From Octopus sinensis (Eukaryota), in contig NC_043002.1 in NCBI RefSeq assembly GCF_006345805.1, positions 4,712,001 through 4,776,000 of the forward strand: a stretch of DNA of 64,000 bases, read 5' to 3'. The translations under genes and the position numbers were made by a program. Position 1 is the first letter of the stretch. Every line of letters begins with the position of its first letter. Positions 52,865 to 64,000 of the stretch are shown here, in pieces. The notes beneath the pieces were generated by a model, which worked only from the letters and a program-made list of their open reading frames with translations, searched no databases and was not told the DNA's origin.

Positions 52865-53644
52865 TCAATATAGGGTGGCAAAAAATTTTGTAGAATTTTT
52901 TTGCCACCAGCGGCCTAGTGGGAAAAAATTAAATAGTCATAGACCAATTTTAAGTTCAACATCAACAATCAAGGAACGGCCATAATAGGCCATTCACCCA
53001 CTAGAAATAACAGCCAAAGCTTCAACCGCAAATAAAAGTCAATTCCGTAAACAGGAGAAAATTTAAAAAACATTTACCCTGTAATTTCTTATACGATGCA
53101 CCGTTTCATCTGCTGTTTAATGGTAAACTAACCTGATTAAATTAAATCAAGCCAATCTTCCATAGGCCCTCAGATTCTTCAGTAAGAAATAGCCACAAGT
53201 CGGAACAGATATTTTCACGAGGCATTTCCGACCCTGCCAAGGTAATATCTGACCTAAAATTTTCAAATCATCGCACTCGCGCCAAATTATCGGCAGCAAA
53301 TAAATATAAGCCGTCGATTCCATTACGGAATTAACCAGAAAATTCATAATTAATCAATATAGGGTGGCAAAAAATTTTGTAGAATTTTTTGCCACCAGCG
53401 GCCTAGTGGGAAAAAATTAAATAGTCATAGACCATTTTTAAGTTCAACATCAACAATCAAGGAACGGCCATAATAGGCCATTCACCCACTAGAAATAACA
53501 GCCAAAGCTTCAACCGCAAATAAAAGTCAATTCCGTAAACAGGAGAAAATTTAAAAAACATTTACCCTGTAATTTCTTATACAGGCTTTGGCTGTTATTT
53601 CTAGTGGGTGAATGGCCTATTATGGCCGTTCCTTGATTGTTGAT
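52856..53644 (-). mobile_element. Retrozyme/Penelope-like non-autonomous element: ~1.5 copies of a ~488-nt monomer plus a 60-nt terminal inversion
   Basis: Direct repeat 52856-53094 / 53345-53582 (period 488-489); hammerhead at the junction; 53585-53644 is the reverse complement of 53449-53508. Confidence 0.85.
53084..53190 (-). ncRNA. Canonical type I hammerhead ribozyme
   Basis: Minus strand ATTTCTTA-CTGAAGA-ATCTG-[58 nt]-CAGAT-GAA-ACGG-TGCA-TCGT-A-TAAGAAAT: 8-bp stem I, intact CUGANGA/GAAA core, 5-bp stem II, 4-bp stem III (one G-U) with tetraloop, GUA cleavage triplet. Confidence 0.9.
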
Positions 53645-53959
53645 ATATATATATATATATATATACATATATACGACGGGCTTCTTTCAGTTTTCATCTA
53701 CCAAATCCCCTCACAAGGCTTTGGTCGGCCCGAGGCTATAGTAGAAGACACTTGCCCAGGATGCCACGCAGTGGGACTGAACCCGAAACCATGTGGTTGG
53801 TAAGCAAGCTACTTACCACACAGCCACTCCTGCGTCTGATTATATAATTTATGTTTATATTTCTATATAATTTGTAAGTGTGTTTATATGTTTATATAAT
53901 TTGTAAGTGTGTGTAAATAATACACACACACATACAAATTATGTATGTGATACGTGTTA

Positions 53960-54180
53960 TATGATTACAAATGTTGGCACACGGCCAGTAGTTTTAGGAG
54001 AGGTGTACGTCGATTACATCGACCCCCGAGTACAACTGGTATGCATTTTATCGACCTCCAAAGGATGAAAAGCAAAGTCAACCACGGTGTCATTTAATCT
54101 CAGAATATAAAGACGGACGAAATGCCGCCAAGCATTTTATCCGGCGTGCTAACTATTCTAGTGGCTCGCCGCCTTTAAGA
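53960..54180 (-). mobile_element. SINE family A, older copy
   Basis: GATTACATCGACCCC..AAGGATGAAAAGCAAAGTC..GCTCGCCGCCTT. Confidence 0.75.
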
Positions 54181-54311
54181 CGCGTATAATATAAAACTTA
54201 ATCTGAAGAGGCGGTGTTTGTCAGGTGTTTCAAAGAATGAAAGAAGATAAAGATATTTTCCTTGCATCTATTAATTTCTATAGGAATGCGTCTATATGAA
54301 TGTATGTATAC

Positions 54312-54380
<69 letters not shown>

Positions 54381-54386
54381 TGCATT

Positions 54387-54420
<34 letters not shown>

Positions 54421-54432
54421 AAGAGAGAAATT

Positions 54433-54538
<106 letters not shown>

Positions 54539-54560
54539 TAGCTGTGTGTGTACACGCACA

Positions 54561-55290
54561 CAGGGTGGATGAAAAGTAAGTAGGCATTAAAAATTGGTAA
54601 TAAAATCCTTATTCCTGTTACAAATTAATTGAAACAAATGAAACATGTTCTTTATTACATGGGAAAATGAAAGTAAATCTTCATATTACAACATAAGCAA
54701 CGGAGGCGTAAACCAGTTTCCTCAAACGGCCACGGATGGAATGAACAACCTTCTGAAGGACGTCGTCTGGGATATCATTGTGAACCTCCTGAATCCGTGT
54801 CTCCAAGTCCTCAAGTGTACGAGGCTTTGTCTTGTGTAACCCCACAATAAAAATACCATGGAGTGAGATCTAGACTTCTCGGTATTCTGGAAATCTGGAC
54901 CTCTGCGCTTACAGTCTTCAAGTTTTAGCTCCTGCACGTAATGGGGTTTCCACGGACGAAAATTCAATTCTGTATGCAATACCGTACGTACTGTGTGTCT
55001 CGTTAGTCCAATTTCACGATCTGCTTGACGTTGATTTTTTTTCAGTCTGCGAGTAAACATATCCTGCACTGTTGCTACGTTCTCCGCTGATCGGGAGGTG
55101 GTTCGCCGGCCACTTCTTGCATCGTTCACAGAGCCCGTGGTCATCAGCTTTGCATAGCAACTTTTTTTTTGTTGTCTCCGGATGTAGTGTTGTATGCTTA
55201 CCTTTCCATGCACGCCACCATCTCTGAACCAAAACAATGGAATTCCACACTTCATAGCGTACTGCTATCTTAGCTCACTCCTGAACAGTC
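54561..55290 (-). mobile_element. Tc1/mariner-superfamily transposon remnant, internally deleted
   Basis: NSIVLVQRWW, TTGSVNDARSGR..SRSAENV, LNFRPWKPHYVQEL and a degenerate SPDL..FFLWGY-like segment (SRSHSMVFLLWGY); possible TIR start CAGGGTGG at 54561. Confidence 0.8.
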
Positions 55291-55312
55291 AAGTGATCGG
55301 TCGTCTGGAAAA

Positions 55313-55710
55313 TCTTTATATATAAAAGAGAGGTTGTGTGCTGTCTGTCTCCTACGATTTAGATTCCTAACTACTCCCACATTTTGCGGTGCAGTGTAAC
55401 CAAAAGCGGGTATCTTATAGTCGTGATTCATATCGAGCCTTTCTGGGTATTAGCGCGCGTCTACGATGAGTCTACGATTTAAAAAAAAATTTACCATCAA
55501 TTTTACCCATTTTTAATGCATTTTAGGCATATATAAGTGAAGTAACTCTCTAAAAATGTATTATTAAATCTCAGAACGTAAAAAGCTACAGTAACACCCC
55601 CCCCCTTTGTGGTTAGCCATATTGAGATGGCTATTATACTTTACATCTCTAAAAATGCTTATATAGTTATTTCCCTTACAAACCCGAGCAACGCCGGGCG
55701 ATACTGCTAG
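55313..55710 (+). mobile_element. Non-autonomous Helitron
   Basis: A|TCTTTATATATAAAAG start; CCCGAGCAACGCCGGG hairpin 55683-55698; CTAG|T end at 55710. Confidence 0.82.
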
Positions 55711-56194
55711 TAAGAAATAAGACAGTAAGACAATAAAAAAATCCCTATTAGTGTTGTCCCTTTAAAACATGCTTTCGTCATAACTTCAGTGATAATAAAA
55801 ATTCTATAAACAATTTCAAATGCCTAGTTACTTTCTACCCACCCTCTATATCACCCTTTTTCTTTTTGTCTTCTCCATCTCTCTCTCCCTACACATAATA
55901 CACACACACACACATTCTCTCTCTCTCTCCCTTTCTCCCTCTCTCTCTCTCTCTCTCATTCTCTCCTCACACACAGCACGCTGTCTCACCCCATCTACGC
56001 ATATTTCTGTCATTTTTTTTTGTTTTTTTTTATGTAGCGTTATAAACTTCGTGCAAAATGCATCCATGGAAGAAGAGTAAAGAAAAACAAAGTATTTAGT
56101 GCTTTGAAAAACTTGACCATCTGGAAGTGTTTCCAAACCCAAATCGTACTCCGAGTAAATCAGAAAAGTATTCCACATGAAAAGTATTCCAGCC

Positions 56195-56660
56195 ACGACC
56201 ATTCTACATTAAAACTCCGACGTCTGGCAGCTGACTTGGCAGACACCCATAAAATTATTAACCATCTTACAAACAATAACTCTGAGCACCTCTTCAAACT
56301 CCACCCATCTAACACCCGTGGACATGTTTACAAAGTCAGAAAACAGCACAGCTCCTTCCATGACTTTCGGAAACATTTTTTTTCATGCCAAGTGTTGCTG
56401 AACCATGGAACAAACTGCCGGCTTCAGTTGTTAGTTGTCGGAGCACTGCATCCTTCAAAACTTCCATGCTTCCTGAGATTCACCAACACTACACCTGATT
56501 TTCTCCCCTCTATACACACACAAGCATGTATCTGACTCATACACTGTTCGCTTCCCAGACATTTGTACATTACTGCATATACTTTATACGCACTTTTGAC
56601 AAGTTGTGGTGCACCTGAGCACTGTATACAATAATTTCATTATTATTATTATTATTATTA

Positions 56661-56698
<38 letters not shown>
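56195..56698 (+). mobile_element. 3' end of a CR1-type LINE with (ATT)n tail
   Basis: TLKLRRLAADL..HKII..TRGHVYKV..RKHFF C-terminal motifs, then 3' UTR and (ATT)n. Confidence 0.85.
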
Positions 56699-56794
56699 TC
56701 GCGATTATCTTGATATTGAAGATGATGATAGTCATTATCAAGGAGGAGGAGTAGAGGCGGAGGAAAGTGCCGATGATAATGGTGATAGGTAGAG

Positions 56795-56819
56795 AGTTAT
56801 GATGATGATGTTGTTGTTG

Positions 56820-56851
<32 letters not shown>

Positions 56852-56912
56852 GGTGGTGGTGGTGGTGGTGGTGGTGGTGGTGGTGGTGGTGGTGGTGGTG
56901 GTAGTGGTGGTG
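56795..56912. repeat. (GAT)(GTT)n(GGT)n trinucleotide microsatellite
   Basis: Directly visible. Confidence 0.95.
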
Positions 56913-57169
56913 TCAAGTACTAATCAAAATCATTCCATCTTTCCCCCCCTCACCACCACCACCACCACCAAGCACAGTAAATCTAGGATTATACTATTTG
57001 ATATGTTGTAAGGTGTGTTTTGAGGGATATTTGACTGTTATTACTCTCAGGTCGAGTGACTGCATAAAATCTTCCGAGGTGGGGGCTCGACAAGTATTTG
57101 TAAACAGTTGTAATCTACATTGGCAAAAATCTAGTGGAGTTGTTTAATCCCAATTCGGCCCGGATCAAG

Positions 57170-57560
57170 AATACCTATTTCTTTATTACCAACAAGGGGC
57201 TAAACACAGAGGGGACAAACAAGGGCAGACATAGGTATTAAGTCGATTACATCGACCCCAGTGCGTAACTGGTACTTAATTTATCGACCCCGAAAGGATG
57301 AAAGGCAAAGTCGACCTCGGCGGAATTTGAACTCACAACGTAACGCAGACGAAATACCTATTTCTTTATTACACACAGAGGGGACAAACAAGGACAGACA
57401 TAGGTATTAAGTCGATTACATCGACCCCAGTGCGTAACTGGTACTTTTATTTATCGACCCCGAGAGGATGAAAGGCAAAGTCGACCCCGGCGGAAATTGA
57501 ACTCAGAACGTAACGACAGACGAAATACCGCTAAGCATTTCGCCCGGCGTGCTAACGATC
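57170..57560 (-). mobile_element. SINE family A, two tandem units (~183-bp period)
   Basis: AATACCTATTTCTTTATT at 57170 and 57353. Confidence 0.9.
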
Positions 57561-57919
57561 AAACTTACCACAGCCGTGACCACCGCATTATTTTTCTTTA
57601 TTATAGCCCGCAGACTTCATTAAATTATGAGCCCTTTTTTTTTTTTTTTTTTCAGTAGGGTGGAATTAAGGCGGCTACTTTGCAGAACTGATTGCTAGTA
57701 CATAGGACAAAATGTTGTTAAATGAGCGGCATCTCTTACAGTTCTTTACGCTCTGAACTCAAATATCGCCGAGGTTAACTTTGCCTTTTGTCCCTTCGGG
57801 ATCGATATAATAAAGTACCTGTCAAGTACTGGAATTTTTGTAAACGTCTTGATCCCTCCCCTAAAAACATTTCTGTCCTTGAACATTGTAACGGACTTGT
57901 ATCTCATTCAGAGGGAATT

Positions 57920-58310
57920 ACTCTTTTACTCTTTTACTTGTTTCAGTCATTTGACTGCGGCCATGCTGGAGCACCGCCTTTAGTCGAGCAAATCGACCCC
58001 GGGACTTATTCTTTGTAAGCCCAGTACTTATTCTATCAGTCTCTTTAGCCGAACCGCTAAGTGACGGGGACGTAAACACACCAGCATCGGTTGTCAAGCA
58101 ATGCTAGGGGGACAAACAAACACAAACACAAACACACACATATATATATATATATACGACAGGCTTCTTTCAGTTTCCGTCTACCAAATCCACTCACAAG
58201 ACTTTGGTCGGCCCGGGGCTATAGCAGAAGACACTTACCCAAGATGCCACGCAGTGGGACTGAACCCGAAACCATGTGGTTGGTTAGCAAGCTACTTACC
58301 ACACAGCCAC
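57920..58310 (-). mobile_element. SINE family B, near full-length
   Basis: Reverse complement of 13054-13475. Confidence 0.9.
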
Positions 58311-58772
58311 TTATTCACCGTGGAAATCAGAAAACCAACAAATTTGAGGAGAAGGGTTCAGTCTATTACCCGGACCCTACCACTTGGCTGACACTTTATC
58401 TTATTGACCCCGTAGGGATGAATGGCAAAGTTGTCCGCGGCTACATTTGAACAAGGTATTTGGGGGATTTTTGGCATTTTTGACATTTTCCTGACCCTAG
58501 CGATTCTACCAATCAGAGTTGTTGCCGCAGTGTATCTGTGAGAAAGAGAAAATGAAAGAAGAGCGTGTATGCGTATGATGTGTGAACGCGTGTGTGCGAG
58601 TTTTGAGTATGTACGTGTGTACGAGTTTCATATTATAAAATGTACTGAGTTAGCACAAAGAGAACAATATTTATGTGACCAAAAATGTATAGAGTTCCTA
58701 TGAAACTTTGTGTTCAAACGATTCTAAAAGTAACTACTGTATATCAATGTATTTCTAACAGATATTTGTAGA

Positions 58773-58805
<33 letters not shown>

Positions 58806-59414
58806 ATATATGAGATAATAGTTCTCTAAAAGACGCTTTTCTATATATATATTTTTATATCTTCAAACTCTACATGGATTTTTATGTCAAATCTGCTTCA
58901 AGTCAAATTTCTTTTCTGCTGAATAATTTTACGGACAAGCTTCAGTTTTCGACGTCTAACTGCAGAAGATTCCATATAAATGAAAACAGTTTGGTCCAGA
59001 ATTTTTTAATATGTTTCTTGATGAAAAGAATTATATATTCTCTATTTTGTGTGTTGAAAACTCTACTTTGTCACGTATAAATGTATTTAATATGATTTGA
59101 TTAACTGATGGACTCTCCTGTCGTAGACAACAGATAAGAATTCCGCAATTTCTTGCTGAACAAGCCGCACGAATGTTTTGATTATAGTGATCAAATGTTT
59201 GTGCTAAATCCCTTTATCAAATCGACATAGGGGCACAGTGTGCCACACATCCGATGTCGCTGGGCAACATGCAACGAAATGTTTTTGTTCAAGAACACAA
59301 AGCACCACTCGGTTCTGGCATCAAAACCATGATCTGGCGGTCGAGAGTGTAACACCTTAACCACTCGGCCACACGCCCTCGCTTCAGTTAACTACACATA
59401 TATATATTATACGC

Positions 59415-59915
59415 ATGATGTATGGAAAAAAGATGGAAGGAGTTTCCTGACAGACCGTTTTATGGTTTGTTGACTGCTCCATAGAAAAGCCTACCCGGTT
59501 TCCTCCACCAATCAGTTACAAAGATCAGCCGCTTACAAAGCAGTCTATGAATTAGACCAGCACCATGATAAACTGTGAAACGGCCTGTCAGGAAACTCAC
59601 TCCTTTTTCCCGCACATCAGTAATGAAGAAAGAATGTATTTACATTCATATCTAACCCATAGTGATTATAATATTTAAAATTATTTCAGTTCTTTGTATT
59701 AACGTAGTGTTGTGCATAAATAGCTAATGTTTACTTTACATTCATATCAAAGCATCAAAATCACAAATATGCAAACTAGGCTGTCTATTACGATGCTAGC
59801 CTAATTCATGAGTGCTTTATAAACAACAATCCTATGGTTTTGAGGAGTGGTCAACAACTAGAAAATGATTTGTCAGGAAACTCTTACGCTTTTTCCCCCG
59901 CACATCTGTGATATG
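59415..59915. repeat. Nested inverted repeats, MITE-like
   Basis: GAGTTTCCTGACAGACCGTTT (~59440) pairs with AAACGGCCTGTCAGGAAACTC (~59578-59598) and more loosely with ~59835-59885. Confidence 0.6.
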
Positions 59916-59934
59916 CAACGATAAAAAGTTAGTT

Positions 59935-60258
59935 GTGAGGGCGCGTGGCTTAGTGGTTAGGGCATTCGGCTCATGATCGTAAGGTTGTGAGTTCGATTCC
60001 CGGCGACGCGTTGTGTCCTTGAGCAAGACACTTTATTTCACGTTGCTCCAGTCCACTCAGCTGGCAAAAATGAGTTGTACTTGTATTTCAAAGGGTCAGC
60101 CTTGTCACTCTCTGTGTCACGCTGATTATCCCCGAGAACTACGTTAAGGGAACACGTGTCTGTGGAATGCTCAGCCATTTGCACGTTAATTTCACGAGCA
60201 AGCTGTTCCGTTGATCGTATCAGCTGGGACCCTCGTCGTCGTAACCGGCGGAGTCTTT
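59935..60258 (+). mobile_element. SINE family D
   Basis: GGCGCGTGGCTTAGTGGTTAGG A box, GAGTTCGATTCC B box; matches 14315-14645. Confidence 0.88.
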
Positions 60259-60907
60259 ACAAAAAAGTTGTCATGATTGCATCCTATAAGATGTGAAAGA
60301 TCAAAGTGCACAAAGTTTTAAGAAAGTAACTTATTTACCGTTACATTATAAATACCTTGCCTCGACGGACAGGTTGATACATCCAAAAGCATGCGGAGTT
60401 TGGTTCTCTTCATTGTTAGTAGTAATTGCTGAGACAGATAGAATGAGAACAGAATTAGAGCTAGAGAGGATTATAGGGTGTTGTCTCACAGTGAACTTCA
60501 TTTCTCCCTCTGGCCAAGATTGTAGCTGGTCAGCCAGACTACGTTCTCCCTGAGTTGTCACTGGCTGGTGACTAACTGCCGAGTCGTCCACCCGGCTGGT
60601 GACTAAACTGATTTTTGCTTGGGATGTGATTGCTTATATAAAGATCTAGAAGGATAGATATATCGTTGAGAACAATAGATTTAGTTGGTGGTCTTGTTAT
60701 CTATTCTAGCTTTTGGTGAAGTAGAAGAGGTTAGAAAGGGTCAAGTGGTGAAGACATTATTTCGGCCTAGCTAAAGGCATCTGGAAAATGTAAACCTGCT
60801 GTCAGAGAAAAGCCATTGTTCGTTCCACCGTGGGAAAAGTTATGTAGCAGTGTTAATTTAAATTTGGCTATGGTGGATCGAATCCACTTCATGCTTGCAG
60901 GATTCGC

Positions 60908-60952
<45 letters not shown>

Positions 60953-60985
60953 TAATAAATAAAATATATGCATACATACAAACAT

Positions 60986-61016
<31 letters not shown>

Positions 61017-61046
61017 CTAACTAGATAGATACATATAAACATACAT

Positions 61047-61077
<31 letters not shown>

Positions 61078-61169
61078 AGTTCAGCAAAATTTTGATTCAG
61101 TGTTTAATAAAATGAAGTAGCATGAAACGATTGTACCACATTACCTCGGATATACTTGTTGCTTATTTT

Positions 61170-61200
<31 letters not shown>

Positions 61201-61562
61201 CAAATACATACATGCATACACCTACACACACACACTGAGGAAGAGGGAGAGGAGATGTGTGAGATAGAGCGGGGTAGAGGTGGCGTGGTTACTATTGCAC
61301 GTAAATGAATGAAAGAAAAAGCTACAGAACCTTATGGCTGTCAACGAGTCCTTACAGTTCGGATTACCTCCCACTTTCGCTCTGATTCGTTGTGTTTTCA
61401 AACAAACATTGCAGCGAGTTAAAGAGAAACACGCGGTGTCATTTGCTCGTAAATGACGCCAGAATACAGTGAAGACACATTTAGAAACTAAGGAATACCA
61501 TTCGGACCATAATATATTTGTTTTGTGACTTTAAGTGAGAAACTAAAACAAGAATGTCAACC

Positions 61563-61850
61563 GACAGGCGTGGATGTGTGATAAGAAACTTGTTTCTCAA
61601 CCACATTGTTTCGGGTTCAGTCCCAGGGCGTAGCACCTTGTCTTCTGCTATAGCTTCGGGCTGGCCAAAACTTTGTAAGTGGATTTGGTAGACGGAAACT
61701 GAAAGAACCCTGCCATATATATACATATATATACACATATATCTATGTGTGTGCGTCTCTTTGTCCACACCCTCACCGATTGACAACCGATGTTGGTGTG
61801 GTTACGTCCCCATAATTTAGCGATTCGGCCAAAGAGACCGATAGAACAAG
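61563..61850 (+). mobile_element. SINE family B, degenerate
   Basis: GGGTTCAGTCCC head, GGATTTGGTAGACGGAAACTGAAAGA middle, GAGACCGATAGAA tail. Confidence 0.8.
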
Positions 61851-63564
61851 TACTACTCACACATGCGCGGTCGGACTCGCTTAGTGCGGGAAAGGGGTTA
61901 AAAATTTAGATTACAATTTTTCTGTTGTTGCTTAAATCCTTAAATCCCGGCAATGGACCACCTGACAGGATAAGTAACAGGATCAAAATTAAGTCAGGGA
62001 TCTATTCCTTTTAATTAAGACTCTTCAGCATGACCGCAGTTCAGTGACTGAAACAAATTAAAGATACATGTATATTATATTATATTACACACACACACAT
62101 TTTGGTGCTACTGGATGTTTAGTTTAATTTCTCTTACGTTTTGGACGTATCTTGTCCCCGCTACTCCTGGCGGCGTTTTTAGGGTTACCGCCGCTAAATA
62201 CGAATATGCAGTCAACATTTAAACCTTACAGAAGTCTTTCCTTCTCCAGATCTGATCACAGCTGATTTGCCGATTTCTGCTTCTGGTTTTGAGAGAAAAG
62301 CGGTCAGAAAGAAACAAATGAATAAACAATCGCTCCCAGTACTGACTGAAAAGATTAGGGTTTTTTTTTGGGGGGGGGTACCCTGATAGGATAGAACTGA
62401 TATGAAATATGTCATAAATAACAGGGGCATTTTCATATGACACCGCCAGAAAATGTTGTTGACACACTACGGCAGAAATCGTTTTCACCTCAACAGACGT
62501 CATTGATTGGTTGAAATTGCCGAAATGCAAGAAAATAAACAACAAATATCTTACAAACTACAGAATATTCTCAAGAAAGCCAAGAGAAAAAGATGTTCTA
62601 TAAACACATTCTACCAGTATACGAAGTTTAAAATTTTTTAGTTACAAAGAAATTATTTTTAAAATCTGCCGGTCAAAGCGAAAAGATCCAATACTTTGGC
62701 TCGACGGGCACGTTGATACATCCAAAAGCATGCGGAGTTTGGTTCTCTTCATTGTTAGTAGTAATTGCTGAGAGAGATCGAATGAGTGAGAGAGAATTAT
62801 AGGGTGTTGTCTCACAGTAAACTTCAATTGTCTCCACTGAGGTTTGAACTCAAGCCGCAGTAAAACGGAAGCGTAAATCATATTATACTATCCGACGCTG
62901 TAACGATTCTGCTGGTTCGCTTCCTTTACGTTTTTGACTACTTCTTATTGAAATGGAAGAGAATGTCGAAACTGAAGAAATAAGGAAATCCTGAAATAAC
63001 ATTTGTAAAACAAAAATGTAAACTGACGTGGATTAGCGGAATCGAGAATCGTTTGGATTTTCGGATAAAAGATCTATATCTCTTTACCGTCTGATTTCCT
63101 ATCACCGGTCGGCTTTTGCTTTTATCCTTCCTGGAGTCATTAAAATAATTAAAAAGGAACTGATATCGGTGAATTCGACAAAAACCCTCGACATAACCGT
63201 ATTTCTATGACTGAAACAATTAAATGAATAAAGGAATAGGAAAGAAGGCCAGTGTCCCTTTGAGCGTTCGGGCAAATGAAAAGAAGCCTCGATTGATCCG
63301 AACATGAATTACTTTGATGGATAAATCGGTGAATGCTTGAAGATGCAGAGAAGTGGTGGAACATTTGGAAATGCCGTTTATTTCAAGATCTCTGGGGAAG
63401 AATATACTATAAAACATACTTGAACTCGCTACGGAACGCTAACGAAACAGCCATCTGTGATATAGGCAGTGGTTTCTGTCGGTAACATTTGTAAGCTATA
63501 CTTCCTCATTATGATGCCTAATTCATATTTGGGTGGACTGGATCATTGGGGATTATGTATATAT

Positions 63565-63980
63565 TTCTTTATTGCCCACAAGGGGCTAAACACAGACGGG
63601 ACAAACAAGGACAGACAAACGGATTAAGTCGATTACATCGACCCCAGTGCGTAACTGGTACTTAATTCATCGACCCCGAAAGGATGAAAGGCAAAGTCGA
63701 CCTCGGCGGAATTTGAACTCAGAACGTAACGGCAGACGAAATACCTATTTCTTTACTACCCACAAGGGGCTAAACACAGAGGAGACAAACAAGGACAGAT
63801 AAACTGATTAAGTCGATTACATCGACTCCAGTGCGTAACTGGTACTTATTTAATCGACCCCGAAAGGATGAAAGGCAAAGTCGACCTCGGCGGAATTTGA
63901 ACTCAGAACGTAGCGGCAAACGAAATACCGCTAAGCATTTCGCACGGCGTGCTAACGTTTCTGCCAGCTCGCCGCCTTAT
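63565..63980 (-). mobile_element. SINE family A, two tandem units
   Basis: CCCACAAGGGGCTAAACACAGA at ~63575 and ~63759; single head at the right end. Confidence 0.9.
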
Positions 63981-64000
63981 TTGGGGGATTATGTATCACT

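Larger units (their letters stand above)
52610..53836 (-). mobile_element. SINE family B split at its internal (TA)n by the hammerhead element
   Basis: 3' half at 52610-52855 and 5' half at ~53645-53836 rejoin into a copy like the intact one at 57920-58310. Confidence 0.9.

Noticed and set aside
53147-53347. 66-aa ORF inside the hammerhead monomer
   Set aside because: Short, no motifs, and it runs through the ribozyme core; treated as chance.
60841-60912. ATGTAGC/GCTACAT ends with GTGGAT-CGA-ATCCAC hairpin, hammerhead-like on the minus strand
   Set aside because: Neither the CUGA nor the GAAA core is intact.

Overview
Repeat-dense, AT-rich eukaryotic genomic DNA with one 100-N gap (34183-34282). 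The SINE families and the microsatellite load look like an octopus (cephalopod) genome; this is an inference from pattern recognition, not a database result. Most of the ORF track is microsatellite or transposon noise. Supported content: four tRNA-derived SINE families (some in ~184-bp tandem arrays); three CR1/L2-type (APE+RT) LINE copies at 20.0-32.5 kb, two carrying ORF1 CCCH zinc fingers and the full-length one also a Myb/SANT-like start; fragments of RTE, RLE-type and CR1 LINEs; a Tc1/mariner remnant; two non-autonomous Helitrons; and several long inverted repeats inserted in (TA)n tracts. Two signals stand out. (1) A canonical type I hammerhead ribozyme on the minus strand (53084-53190) inside a ~488-nt tandem monomer whose second copy ends 3 nt from the predicted cleavage site, i.e. 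a retrozyme/Penelope-like architecture, with further hammerhead-like motifs at 33.5, 39.8 and 42.4 kb. (2) A frameshift-riddled, intron-containing Cys-loop (nAChR-like) ion channel subunit at ~15.1-16.5 kb that the ORF track does not reveal. No intact host protein-coding gene could be identified with confidence. Most repeat boundaries are approximate.
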